From Dimargaris cristalligena (taxonomy: Eukaryota), in the NCBI GenBank assembly GCA_003614675.1, contig ML002356.1, positions 1-39,046 of the forward strand: a DNA stretch of 39,046 bases. The letters run 5' to 3'. The notes below the pieces were generated by a model. The model had not been told where the DNA came from. It searched no databases and saw only the letters and a list, made by a program, of their open reading frames with translations. How positions within the stretch are numbered: position 1 is the stretch's first letter; each line of letters opens with the position of its first letter. This document shows, in pieces, positions 22,886-34,755 of the stretch. The position numbers were made by a program, and so were the translations under genes.

Positions 22886-23171
22886 TGTACCCCTAAGCCA
22901 ATTTTAATGACCTACAGTGGGACCATCCAGGGGTTTACAGGGATCAATCACTGGCCCAGGCCCGACCAAAATGGGGGTAGTCGTCAGTCACCCTTCCAAT
23001 ACTAATCGCCCGTTTGCCGGTGACTCAAGTGGCCTGGGCTACCGCACTTTCCCGTCTAATGCATGTCTAGTTTGAATTCTTTCGAATGTGCCTCTATCTA
23101 AATTCCCCGCCCTAACTCTGTTTGGTTTCATCTCGTGACTCGGTCGCATTATTCCGACTTCTTTGGCAATC

Positions 23172-25085
23172 ATGTCGCAAATCTCGTCGGGCCTTTCGGG
23201 TAAGTAGAGCCTGGCCCATCTTGTACCCCTTTTACTGGCCTACACTGTATTATGCTCTCTGGCCAAATAAGCCCATCGCCCCATTCGCATGAGCAACATA
23301 GGTGCTTAGCCAATTGTTAACCCTGTCCACCGACATGCATTCTGCTTCTACAGGCTTTTACAACACCCCCATAAGCAAAGCCCTCGTTCTGGGGGTGGGT
23401 GGAATGACCATAGCCACGTCCATACTCCGCTGGAAACCATACCTTAATCTCATACTGAATCCACATTTAACGCGGGATAACCAGGTAGGTTAAGTGCATT
23501 TCGCTTGGTCATATATTATTCTGTCCGGGACTAGATCCATGTCGTGTTCATTAACGCTACTTAGCAGTGTAGCTCGACTTGTGGGGTTCTCACCGTAATT
23601 AACCATGCCAACGGTCGTTACTATGACTGCTCTACTTTGTATTCCCTTAGTTCTGGCGCCTAATCACGTCCCAACTGGCCTTCGCCAACAGTGGCGAGCT
23701 CTTATTTGGCTGCATCCTGCTCTACCAATTTCGTGTCATTGAGCGGTTTTTCGGCCCCGCTAAGTTTTCGGTAAGCACCTGACAGGCCAGTCAAGCCGAT
23801 ACAGACCGTGGCAATTTAATAACCCCCCACACCGAACTGCTTGTAAAGACTACTGATATTAAAGTCGAATATCTACGAACATCTGTGGTATACCTCCCCC
23901 TCCCGTACACATTTAGGCCTTCGTATTCTTGTCCTCGATTGGAACAAAACTATTGGAGCTTGGCTGTCTGGTCAGCAGCAATTCGCTGGGCTTAAATATA
24001 CTTCCCGCAGGACCGTAAGTACCACGCATACTTCATTTAAGCTTTAATAATTTCGTTAGTTTTTGTCAACGTACTCTGCCTCTATTAATATGGCCACCTC
24101 CACCACAACCTACAGACCACCCGGGAAATATCCTATATCTGAAGCTCTCATCATTATTATACCCGTTATATTATATTCGGTTATCCGCTACAGATATGGC
24201 ATTATCTTTGCTATGCTCTTCCAGTACTATAAGCAAATCCCAACCACCTACAAATTTCGCGTTCTAGGGCTGACCTTCAGCGACAAATCATACGTTTATT
24301 TCCTCGCCCTTCAGGTAATTTGCAGATTTTTTCGAGTATTTGGGAACCAATATCAGTACTATAAGACCACACTTTCCCTAAAATATTTTGGTATGTACTT
24401 GGGCCACTAACCCCCGTCATGGTGTACGTGGCCAATTTGTATTCGCCTTCTTTATCCTAGCTTCTTGCACTCCAGTACCCGCAGTCGTTTGTTCCCGCTA
24501 TTTGCGGTATTCTCACTGGACTTCTTTACCATACGGACGTAGGCGGCATTAAGAAGTTTCGTTTCCCAGGTTTTATTACCCGATTTGCAAAGTCTTGGCT
24601 CCTCCCGCTGCTGGCGTCAACATCTGCCCGATCCTCCGCGGCCACTATGGAACAGGTGTACGGATCCGATATCCGCAACCTAAATACGTCGCTGTCGAAC
24701 CTGCTTTCCCAGCCTGGCCAAGCCTCGTCGATGGGACGGGTAAGTTTTTCAATTGGTTATATAAACTCAGTCACGTAGATTGGGTACCAGGACTTTGGTT
24801 TATGGAATGATTACAACCAGCCTTGTTTTCATGATATTTCTATACTCCTATTCATCACTTGGGACCATCCTTTTTGCTACCTGTCTCTTGGATTTCCAAC
24901 CATCATCATTTTTCTAGTCGTACGTCGAAACGATGACTCAGGGTATCCCCCAAACGATGCGAGAAGAGGAGATTATGGCACTAATGACTATGTTTCCGGA
25001 TACCGAACGCCAAATCGTTGTAGCCGCTCTGCAGTCGGCTAATAATGATGTCAATACGGCAGCCACCATTCTTCTGAGTCGGTAG
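23172..25085 (+). CDS. DSC2: Dsc2/UBAC2-like rhomboid pseudoprotease with C-terminal UBA/CUE-like domain, 7 exons, 314 aa
   Basis: Exons 23172-23199, 23354-23484, 23651-23770, 23917-24014, 24194-24314, 24461-24739, 24918-25085 (945 nt). GFYNTPISKAL...QFWRLITSQLAFANSGELLF...LYQFRVIERFFGPAKF...PAGPYGIIFA...FSDKSYVYFLALQL; C-terminus LMTMFP...ALQSANNDVNTAATILL. Confidence 0.85.
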
Positions 25086-25875
25086 ATTGGTGTAATTCAT
25101 CCCCAGGGAGAACCCGCCACCTTGGCCAATAATATACTTGGATCATTTGCTGCAAACGTTCAGCTAAATTGCCAAACCCACCATCACCTTCCAATCTAAT
25201 AGACCACTCGTCGGATTTATTATGCCGTTGAGGAGATCTCTAAGGATTCCTCTGTATGACCGATTGCCTTTCCATATCTTTCAATCAAGGTGCTTGTGAA
25301 TGACAGCCATTTATTTTTGTTTGATTTATTTTGGTGCACGCCGTTTAGTACCAACGGCCACATTGAAAAAACGAAATAAACAGCTAGTTATGAAGGCCAG
25401 TAGTGGGTTACCCCCCTCATGGTCGAACATTAGACAATTATCGTTGATAGATGCCGTCGACGTTTTGTTATTTATTGGCAATACTTATTACGCCAATTGG
25501 ACAAGTCCACGGTCTGCAATAACCGAAAGTCGTCGTGCACATGTGTAAAGAACACGGCAGGGACAAATTTTGATAGTAAAAATAGAATAAACTAATAGGG
25601 TCGGATGGTAGGAAGGAATAAAAGAAGGAGAAAGATAGAGAAACAAATTTTCGCATGGAAATTTTTCCTTTCTACTTCGGGGAAAGTAATATTTTTACGG
25701 AAAAATTTTTCTTTCCCCTCTATTAACATAATGAGTTTTTTAAAAACGAATACAAACCTGGCCTACTTCCACATTCCTAACCTTTGCGCTCTATTTCACC
25801 ATCCTCTGCCCTTTTTCATTTGATACCTTTTCAGCCCTCTTCAATAGCAGCCCATTTTATACTAGGTTGATTCAC

Positions 25876-27432
25876 ATGGACTCCGAAACGCTCGCCCAGC
25901 TCCAGGCCAATTTCGAGCGGCAAACCGCCATCGAGGAGGTAATGAACCATTCCGGCCGATTTAGCCGTTGAATTACCTCTCCCCCCTCCCACATCCACTC
26001 CTTTCTAGTAGGCTTCTACTACCACAAGCTACAGCATGTAGGCGAAACCGCCCATGAACTTCCCCCGTTTATTGATAACAATGCCTAACTCTAAGTATAT
26101 CCCGGCCATACCCTTCTTGTTTTTACGGCACCCAGAATATCCGGTCGATAGTCAAAGAGCTTGATGCGTCGTGCCGGGCTATCACCATACCTCTCTCGCG
26201 CATCCACGTAGCCAAGGACGATGAAGGTATAGTTTTCTAGCACCAGCCTTGCAATCCCTATTCTCTTGGTGAAAAGGTGTAAACGCTCGTTCGGTCGATT
26301 TAGATGATCCGTCGACCCTGATGTTAATATTGCCCGAACGTTTGTCCCAATCGACAGATATATAGACTGCTAATGCAAATTATTGAGTATGCATCGAGTC
26401 GCGCTTATTGTCTCTTCGTCACCTAGCCATCGCCCAAATCCTTAACGATGCCAAGCCGCTTTTCGGGACCGTCCGCTTAAACTTGACCAAAATCAGCGAG
26501 GCCTTCCCCGCCGAGAAATTCTATAGGTAAGCCAAACATACGCTTTTAATTCACCCACGACGTATAATACCTGTGCTCTATGACTCAATGAAAAGCACCG
26601 ATAGCGCGTAAGGTACCACAACTTTTAATCGGATTCTAATACCATTTCCAATGGCCCATTCCTTTTATACTGCGTGTAGTTACAACCATATTTGGTCCCG
26701 CGTTCTGCAACAGGCCATATTCGCCGCTGCGCTGATTACTTACCTGGAATCCAAGTCGCTACTTACTCTGGAAGAGCTGCAAAACTATTTGGGGTTTAGC
26801 GTTCTCATCAACAACGACGCCGTCACTGACTTTCATATTACCATCGAGGAATATTTGCATGGTTTATTCTCTCTGCCCGCCGAGCTAGTAAGTGTCACAT
26901 ATTAAACTTGATACGTCTTATCTTTACGCCCGGCCGAAAGACTTCCATAGCTATGGTACCAAATGGATGGCCAGATCCATCCGCCCACTCTTCCTAATAT
27001 ATACGTTATGGTGCCAATACACCGCACATGTACTTAACAGGCGCGTTTTTCGGTTAATTCCGTCACCTACCAAGCCTTCCATCGCCCCCTGGAGATTTCC
27101 GAGTTCGTGGCTCAGCTTTTCAGCTCCTTCCAAAGCCTGAACCTTAAGAATGACTCGGTTCGCAAGCACTTTGATTCTATCAAGGTAAGTCGTGTATTGG
27201 GCCATTAATATACTGGGTTTATACTGAATGCTTTGCGAAATCCATATAACTTATTTGTAACACCGAAATAGCTACTGAGACGCTACTTTACTATACAGCT
27301 AGACGCGATATTTAACAATTATGAATTTTTATATACTGCTTCGATTTGCATGTGTCTATATGGCGCTAGTATGATGTTAAAAAGATCGAAGAAGTGGTCT
27401 ACAACCTCTCGGTACGCGGCCTGGCTAAATGA
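25876..27432 (+). CDS. TSN: Translin, 6 exons, 222 aa
   Basis: Exons 25876-25938, 26136-26226, 26427-26526, 26680-26887, 27041-27184, 27370-27432 (669 nt). FHITIEEYLHGL...ELARFSVNSVT...RPLEI...LNLKNDSVRKHFDSIKYDVKKIEEVVYNLSVRGL is the translin signature. Confidence 0.93.
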
Positions 27433-27629
27433 GAGTGCATATAATACGGTATGGAGCGCACGGCTCATTCGACCAGGGCACCTTCCCCGAGGTTTCGGAG
27501 GCTGTAATCAAAAATAGATTACACGCAGGGTTCGGTGTCGCCATGACACATATACACGCCTTGACCACCGCTCCGTACCATACGATGCTGCCTATCAGAA
27601 TTTGGTGGGATACTAAACAAGGGTGTGCT

Positions 27630-28703
27630 TTAGGAGCTGGTCTCGTCCGTGGGCAGTTCATCCAGAGGAATTTTCTGCTCGCGAATCTTTTCGGGTACGT
27701 ATTTAGTGTGACGTCCAATTGCCATTAATGCTTCACTCGATCTGATTTCAACCTCGGTGAATGCGAGGGTGCGACCTAGTTTACGGCAGTAGGCATCCTG
27801 AATGCAGGGTTTTTCGAACCATAAGATATATACACATAATAAATATTATTTTGGACTCGGTTATTATACTGTGGCAAGGGGCAATAGTGTATTGGATGTT
27901 TGGGATGGTATGGCTTGGCTTGGCATCAATCTGAAATCACCAAAATTACTAGCTTTAATGTTTAATGTATACTAGCTTAGTTGACAATACTTACAATGGT
28001 CAGGGTGTCCCCCTCTTTGGCCCCCGCTAGGTAGGAAATATTGATGTCGGTAGAAACTCCAGTGCGATCAAGGCCCATAGAGGCAACGCTAAGCGACCCC
28101 GCAATGTCCACTACTCCGGCCACCCAGCCGCCGTGGGCCGAACCCAAGAAATTCTTTGAAAATGTATCAAGAGGTCAAACCAAATACGGATGCTTTAGAA
28201 TAGAAGGCTGATTCATACAATAAATAAAAATATGAAAGCATAGGGGTGTCATCTTTCATACAAGCAAACCAGATGCTTCGGTCTTGGACCGCAAAAGATA
28301 AAGGTCGGAGTAATCTATAGTTTGTGAAGCAGCAGTATCGCATATTTGGTATATTGGCTTACCATGTTTTCTTTTTGGAGGACCACACTGCAAGTAATAT
28401 GGCCTTTGACAGCTTTAGTTATTTGCATCTAAATCAAGGGAGAATAAGTCCAGTACATAGTATATTAGTAGACGCACTAACTTAACTGACCCATGCATGG
28501 GTTGGTGAGATAAAAAAAAAGGCCGAGAATTCCCCGCATAGTGAAATTGAATAGTAGGCTTGGTCAAGTGAGGGACGGGTAAATGCGAAGGTCAGTAGGC
28601 CTTATTCCTATACTAGACCACCTACCTGACTCACGATAGCCGAATCGAACCCCCCGCAGGAGAGGTACTTCTGGAATGAGCTGCGAATGTGTTGCAGTAG
28701 CAT
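27630..28703 (-). CDS. ACOT13: Hotdog-fold acyl-CoA thioesterase (ACOT13/THEM2/PaaI family), 4 exons, 156 aa
   Basis: Exons 28703-28626, 28428-28363, 28153-27995, 27797-27630 (471 nt). GGFDS...NFLGSAHGGWVAGVVDIAGSLSVASMG...TGVSTDINISYL...CRKLGRTLAFTEVEI...GRHTKY. Confidence 0.9.
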
Positions 28704-29470
28704 GGCGCTAGTTTCTATACCAAGACTGAGGAAGGCGTTATAAGGCGGTGAACAAAGCCGAGAGCTAATGCAAGGTGGCAATGAAGAAATACCAATATAT
28801 ATACTAACCGAATGCGGAGGACGTAATGGACAACCGGGTAAGGTTGTAGTCGGAGTGACTCATCTAGCCCAAACGAAAGTCACGCAGACAGAAAGCGACC
28901 TATCCAATAGGCCACATACAGCCTGCCCTTTTATTCCAGCTCACATGGGCGTATTACTAGCAAATCAATTGCTTCAAAGGATTATGTGGTGAGAAAGGCA
29001 CAGAAACAAACTACAGCCTGGGATTTAGATTACGTTACAGCAGTCACGCCACGTACACTATAAATTAATCAAGAAATGCCCCTAAATTGCCCGCATCAAA
29101 ATCATCATTAAGCCATATGAAAATATCCGCTTAATCGGCCAAATACGCTCGGTCCGCATAAAAGATGCAAAATAGTGTCTTTAATCCATATAAATATATC
29201 GATGAATTCATTCAAATATACATACATCGACGGTTCGGCGCAAAGTGAGGTAAATCGCATATACACGAGAGCTGCTATAAGGCGCTGCCTCGACAGGGTG
29301 AAGGGGATGATAAAATAGTATTTTCCCGCCTTGTGCCATTCCACCAGTTGAAGGAGCCTAGGCGAGGCGATAAGCAATAAAGAAAAAGAAGATAGTAATA
29401 ATACCATGTGTTAGCCACAGCTCCCCTATTACTCAAGTCATCAGCAACCCTGCCTGGAATAAGGAATAGG

Positions 29471-30544
29471 TTACACCTTCCGTTTGGATACCCGGGCGCC
29501 CGGGCTGGCTCTAGCAGTGTTAGCGGACATGGCATCGACCGACATGGTGCTGATCTTTTCGTCGAGCTCCTTCTTGGAGGCATTCTTGGCGGCCGTGGAG
29601 CGTAGTTTCTCCTGGCGCTTAACGTAGGCTTCGAGCCCGACCCCGGAGAAAACCACGGCGATGGACGTCCACTGACCCAGGGACAGCTGGTGGCTGAACC
29701 AGAACACGGAAAGGAGCATGGTGAACAGCTTACGGGTGACGGTCACGGTGACCAACGTCAATGAGCCGAAGTTGGCCAGCGTGTAGAAGATGAAGCACTG
29801 GCCCAAGGCGCCGCAAGCCGCGAAGAGCAGCAAGTCGCGCCAGACTTCGGGATACTGCATGGTGAAGGCCAGGGCCTGGCCGAGTTCGGGGTTGTAGGGG
29901 TTGAGCAGCCAAAGGGCGTTGATAACGCAACCGAACAGGTTCATGAAGAGCATCATGTGTTGTCCGGTGACGTCGCGGAACTCGTGGATGATCTGGTCCT
30001 GGGTGGAATTGGTCGCTCCGTCCATGAGGAGGTTGACGAGCACGAGCATCAGCCCCCATAGGCTACTGGTCGCGGCTCCTTTTGCGGCGGCGGTGGCACT
30101 GGTGGGTTGCATGAACATGAAGCCCGAGACGCCCAGCGTGACCAAGGCCACCGTGACGTACTTGTACATGGGGAAGCGGCGGCGGTACAACAGGACGTTC
30201 ATGACCACGACAGGGACCAGCTTGCACGACTTGGTCAGCGTGAGGGTCGGGTAGTCAATGTGTTTGAGCGACGCATAGCCAAAGGGCGAGGCCAGAGCGT
30301 TGGTGATGGCAGCCTGGGCGTAGCGGCGGAAGAGCGGCCAGCTGGGCCGGCTGACTCGCTTCCCGGTGACGAGCAGGTAGACCATAGCCACCCCGCTGCA
30401 CACCAGGCTTTGAATGAGGTTGAGGAAGATGAAGTAGCGGAAGCGCTGCCCCTCGTACGGGGTGGTGGAGACGCGCTCTTGCAGCACGCCCCACGAGAGA
30501 AAACAGGCGTAGATGCCTGCGACACAGACCAGTAAATCTAACAT
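29471..30544 (-). CDS. HUT1: UAA-family nucleotide-sugar/ATP transporter HUT1 (SLC35B1), intronless
   Basis: CVAGIYACFLSWGVLQER, SPFGYASLKHIDYPT...KSCKLVPV, DGATNSTQD, GALGQCFIF...FGSLTLVTVTVTRKLFTMLLSV. First ATG at 30544. Confidence 0.95.
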   Translation of the reverse strand: MLDLLVCVAGIYACFLSWGVLQERVSTTPYEGQRFRYFIFLNLIQSLVCSGVAMVYLLVTGKRVSRPSWPLFRRYAQAAITNALASPFGYASLKHIDYPTLTLTKSCKLVPVVVMNVLLYRRRFPMYKYVTVALVTLGVSGFMFMQPTSATAAAKGAATSSLWGLMLVLVNLLMDGATNSTQDQIIHEFRDVTGQHMMLFMNLFGCVINALWLLNPYNPELGQALAFTMQYPEVWRDLLLFAACGALGQCFIFYTLANFGSLTLVTVTVTRKLFTMLLSVFWFSHQLSLGQWTSIAVVFSGVGLEAYVKRQEKLRSTAAKNASKKELDEKISTMSVDAMSANTARASPGARVSKRKV

Positions 30545-31488
30545 AATATACACAACAACTAAAGGTAGAATAAATAAAAGGGTAGGAGAGATGAACCAAG
30601 CGTTACAATGAAGGGGATACGGGGGTGGGGCAGAATAGAGGAGTCTGCGGAGCCAGTGAATAGATAGCTATAATACTTGAAGTGGGTAATATAGAGGAGG
30701 TCGGCTAGGTCAGCTTATTTATAAATATTTCGGGGGGAATTATAATTTAATGACCAGTGGCAACTGGATATTGGGTGGATATAGCTTGGTATTGTGATAC
30801 ACGCTCCGGAATGCAACCGAAAGGGCCCATTGAATCATTTTGGCGGCTCACCAGCAAGGTATTAAACTGCTAATAGGGAGGTTGGGCTCATTCCTTGGGT
30901 TGAAATAGGCAAACGGAGAGTATTGCCAGCTCTATCGTTGAATGGAGCCAGCTCCCCAATTCGATAGGCCATGACTTGTTGTCAAAGAGCAAGAAGAGAT
31001 AATGTCCCTCAACTACCATTATGGTCCACATTGAGCCGTCAACGAGTGTAGTCACTGCCGTGTGGAGAGCACCCATTGGTCAATAAATCGCTGGGTTCGA
31101 TTGCACGGCCCTTTTTCACCACTTTCCACTCTGCCCTTATAATTGGGTGCGCAATAAGGCTATTTGTGTTTGGTGAGGCAGTTTTCGAGCTCAACCCTGA
31201 ATCAGCTGCACCCCTCCGCTCCCCGACAAACCTGCGCGCCCATTTAATCCTACAGATAAAATACCTAAAATAATAGCACCTAAAGTAATAGTGGCCATGG
31301 CACTCTCCCTCCCCCTCACCGTATGGGGTATATGGATACTCAGCCACATAAGGACTAATGTTAGCTTATACTATCCCCCTTTTTGGCCCTACGAGTTCTC
31401 CACAAGGAGCGCCTCGGTACCATTCGTCCCAAATTACCGTAGCCATAAGCCAAAATATATTTTTCCCAAAAAAATTGCAAAAAGAGAG

Positions 31489-31572
31489 TGGTGACTGTGG
31501 GGTTCGAACCCACGCCTCCGCTTGGAGACCAGAACTTAAGTCTGGCGCCTTAGACCGCTCGGCCAAGCCACC
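31489..31572 (-). tRNA. tRNA-Leu(TAA)
   Basis: GGTGGCTTGGCCGAGCGGTCTAAGGCGCCAGAC-T-TAA-GTTCTGGTCTCCAAGCGGAGGCGTGGGTTCGAACCCCACAGTCACCA. Full cloverleaf, long variable arm, downstream oligo-T Pol III terminator. Confidence 0.96.
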
Positions 31573-32011
31573 TCTGTGACAGTCAAAAAGATTTATAATA
31601 TATAGCATTACATATTTGACGTTGCAACTCGGCAATCCACCAACCGTCGTGGGCATCTGTACGTCTTCCTTTCCCTTGGGGACCCTCAAGCATGGTCAAA
31701 TTACTACAGCTGCTCGACCAGGTCACTCCAGATGGGCACTTGGCACCATCTGAGGGTTAGGGTATGTTCGGCTCTTTTAAATTGGACTGCCGCTTCCAGC
31801 TGTGGGCGATGGCTGCATTCCACTGAACGCCTATAGTCCAGTTAGCTTTCTCTGTATTGATTGTTCCGCTTGGTCTATTAGCAGCGATGTTCGCGACTCT
31901 ATCTCGATTCCAAGACATTACCGACGCATCACGTCTAGTTTCTACTCTGCGCTTCTTCTCATTTTAATCTATTCCCCCCTCTATTCTATTTTCAAGAACC
32001 CCAAATTCAAG

Positions 32012-32861
32012 ATGGTGAGTTTACCCCCCCCCCCCTATTCGCCTGGACTCAATGTAGTCATTCACTAGAGTCTATTCGCCCGTTGAGAGACCGCTACTAT
32101 CGTATATACCCTCCCGCCCCTCATGCCTTAATGACTAGCCCTCACTAACCACTATGACCAAACTTATAAAACCGCTTTTTATATTTGACCTGTAGGCTTC
32201 GTTGGACCGCCAAGTCCTGGTGGACTCCCCGCCCAGCTTCCCGGGCCCCTCCACTTTCGCCGCTCCGGCCGATTTGGAGAGCCAGCAGCCGGCCTCTAGC
32301 CCTTCCATTCTGTCCCAGTCCAGCCATCCCGTGGCCCTGGTCTTCCACGTTCTCTTCCGCCTCATCGCCGTCGTCCTGTACATTGTGCCCATTTTCGGCT
32401 CCGCCGACTTTGTCTTCATGTTCGTGGTATCCGTCCTGCTTCTAGCTTTTGACTTCTGGACCGTTAAGAACGTGACCGGGCGTCTCTTGGTGGGACTGCG
32501 GTGGTGGAATGAAGTGCAGGAGGATGGGTCCAACGTCTGGATATTCGAAAGTCGGGACCCCGCTATCCCCGTCAACGCCACCGACTCGCGCGTTTTTTGG
32601 GGTACCCTCTACGCCACCCCCGTCGTGTGGGCCCTACTGGCCCTGATTTCCCTCATTCGATTTAATTTCCAATGGCTGCTGGTGGTCATCGTGGCTATTG
32701 TGCTCAGCTCCGCCAACCTCATCGGCTATATGCGCTGCGATAAGGACGCGAAGCGGAGATGGAGCGGGCTGGCTGACCAGGCGGTCGGTGCCGATGCGCT
32801 CAGCGGCCTCATGGGCGGAGTTCTTATGAAAGGTGTGCGGGGTATCTTTAACCGTAGTTAA
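32012..32861 (+). CDS. TVP23: Golgi membrane protein TVP23 (FAM18/DUF846); first coding exon is only the ATG
   Basis: ATG 32012-32014|GTGAGT...TGTAG|GCT at 32196, in frame. SSHPVALVFHVLFR...AFDFWTVKNVTGRLLVGLRWWNEV.EDG.NVWIFESR...DSRVFW. Confidence 0.93.
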
Positions 32862-33286
32862 ATACCAACAGCTCGTGCCCTCCTTTCACGCTCATTAATG
32901 TTTCAACTTCGTCATTTTCATTTTCATTTTCGTTCGCCTGAGACAATCCAGATCCCTATTTATCCTGTTTCACTGGCCGCATTCAAAATAAATAACATAC
33001 TTATCCCAACGGGGATATTTCAGCTGTACTCATAAACTCTTCTCGCTCATCTCTAGTGGTGGTTGTAATCCATACTTAATGCGTTTTAGGATATTTTGAC
33101 TGAGAGGGGAGCTTGGCAGCAATGTATGCCTTAAGCATACGTGGTCCTGTTGTGCTACTCTGGTTGAGAATGGTCCGCCTTTTCCCTCTCAAAAATATGC
33201 CATTGAACGGGGATTAGCAGAGGGAGATATTACAGAGAGCTGAATAGAACTGGATTAGGTGCAGTAGGAATAGCGCGCTCTTAAAA

Positions 33287-33295
33287 TCACGTGAC
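33287..33295. promoter_or_regulatory. E-box (TCACGTGAC), Cbf1/bHLH-type site upstream of CSL4
   Basis: ATCACGTGAC about 240 nt upstream of the CSL4 ATG; another CACGTGA at about 37959 upstream of BIR1. Confidence 0.35.
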
Positions 33296-33533
33296 TAAAC
33301 CAGATCCAGTATTTCCCCCTCCGTGCTTTTATTTTTTTTGATAGAAGCATAGTGGTAGTTTGGCGGCTGGTTACTTTCGACAAACCATAGCATGAATTGT
33401 CTCCACTTCGGTATAGGTTTCCATGGTCGATTGCCACCTGTCCACATTTGTATTTCTCTCTCAGTAGTCAACATTCATTACCTCCTCTATTCCCCCTATT
33501 CTTAATTTTCATTCTTATTGACCATTGCCGCTC

Positions 33534-34339
33534 ATGTCTACCACCATTGTAACTCCAGGCCTTCGTCTAGGCAAGACCAGCGACTTGCAGGCCGGACCGG
33601 GCACCTACATTCGGGATGGTTTCATTTACGCATCCACTCTCGGCACGCTAAAGCAATTCGTACCCAAACCAAAAACTGAACCGAAGGAAGATTCCGACGA
33701 GGCGACCCCTGCTGCTGCTGCTGCCGAAGACGAAACCGACCCCGATCCCCGACCCACCCTTTTCGTTGCTCCTCGCAAAGAACTCAGCAGTGTACCCCAA
33801 GTGGGCAGTACGGTGATTGGCAAAGTCCTACGCATCAATACGCGGTTCGCCAGTGTGGCCATCATGATGGTCGACTCGCGGCCCTGCAAAGAGGACTACT
33901 TGGGCGTTATTCGGATACAGGATGTCCGGGCTACCGAGAAGGACAATGTCCAGATTTACAAATCCTTCCGGCCCGGCGATATTGTGCGGGCCCAGGTGAT
34001 TTCGTTGGGTGATGCCCGGTCGTATTACCTATCCACCGCCCAAAATGAATTGGGGGTGATTTTGGCCCAAAGTCTAGCCGGTAAGTTAAAGGAAGTTATG
34101 GTGTGTTTGATCAAGGCGGTGTTTATAGCCGACCCAACCACCACGTCCTTTCCTGGATAATACTTTGTGTGGTCTTACATTATTCCTTGGGATTTCGAGT
34201 GACTAACTTATATTGTTATTTATGTATCCTATTGAATGAACTCTTTCTAGGCGAAACTCTGGTTCCAGTTTCCTGGGAAACTATGCAGTGTCCCAAGACG
34301 CATGCCATCGAATACCGCAAATGTGCTAAACCCTATTAG
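33534..34339 (+). CDS. CSL4: Exosome complex cap subunit Csl4 (EXOSC1), 2 exons
   Basis: Exons 33534-34080 and 34251-34339. IVTPGLRLG...GPGTY, GVIRIQDVRATEKD...SFRPGDIVRAQVISLGD...YYLSTAQNELGVILA, PVSWETMQCPKT...EYRKCAKP. Confidence 0.96.
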
Positions 34340-34755
34340 TACCCTTTATACGATTCTAGCTACCGTTATTCTCGAATGCCATCTATATTATGGCGGGCGT
34401 TGTTCACTTTGGTTTCTTCATAAAAATCTTTGCCCTTCAATAAATTTACTTCTTTGTAAACATACGGAGCTCCGATTATTCTATCCGAGTTTAGTTCATG
34501 GTTGAATTAGGTCAGGAGGTACTACTGTGTTGGGATAGTATAGTATCCCAGGTTGGTGACTAGATATTCATTTCGATTGCATAAATAGTGAAACTAATTT
34601 GATAAAAAGGTATGCAGTAATATTAGCGAAGGCCGGGAAAATAAAGCAACTGTCCAAAATAGATAAATTACATAAAAATAAAATAGAAGGTGAATTATTA
34701 ATGACTGGAAATCGATTGCGGTGCCGTTTGATGACGAGGCGGAGCATCCGGCTCG

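Noticed and set aside
23172..32861. Apparent secretory-pathway gene cluster (DSC2, HUT1, TVP23)
   Set aside because: Interspersed with unrelated housekeeping genes; no evidence of functional clustering.
34532..34550. Small palindrome TGGGATA-GTATAG-TATCCCA between CSL4 and BIR1
   Set aside because: A 7-bp stem is expected by chance in a window of this size.
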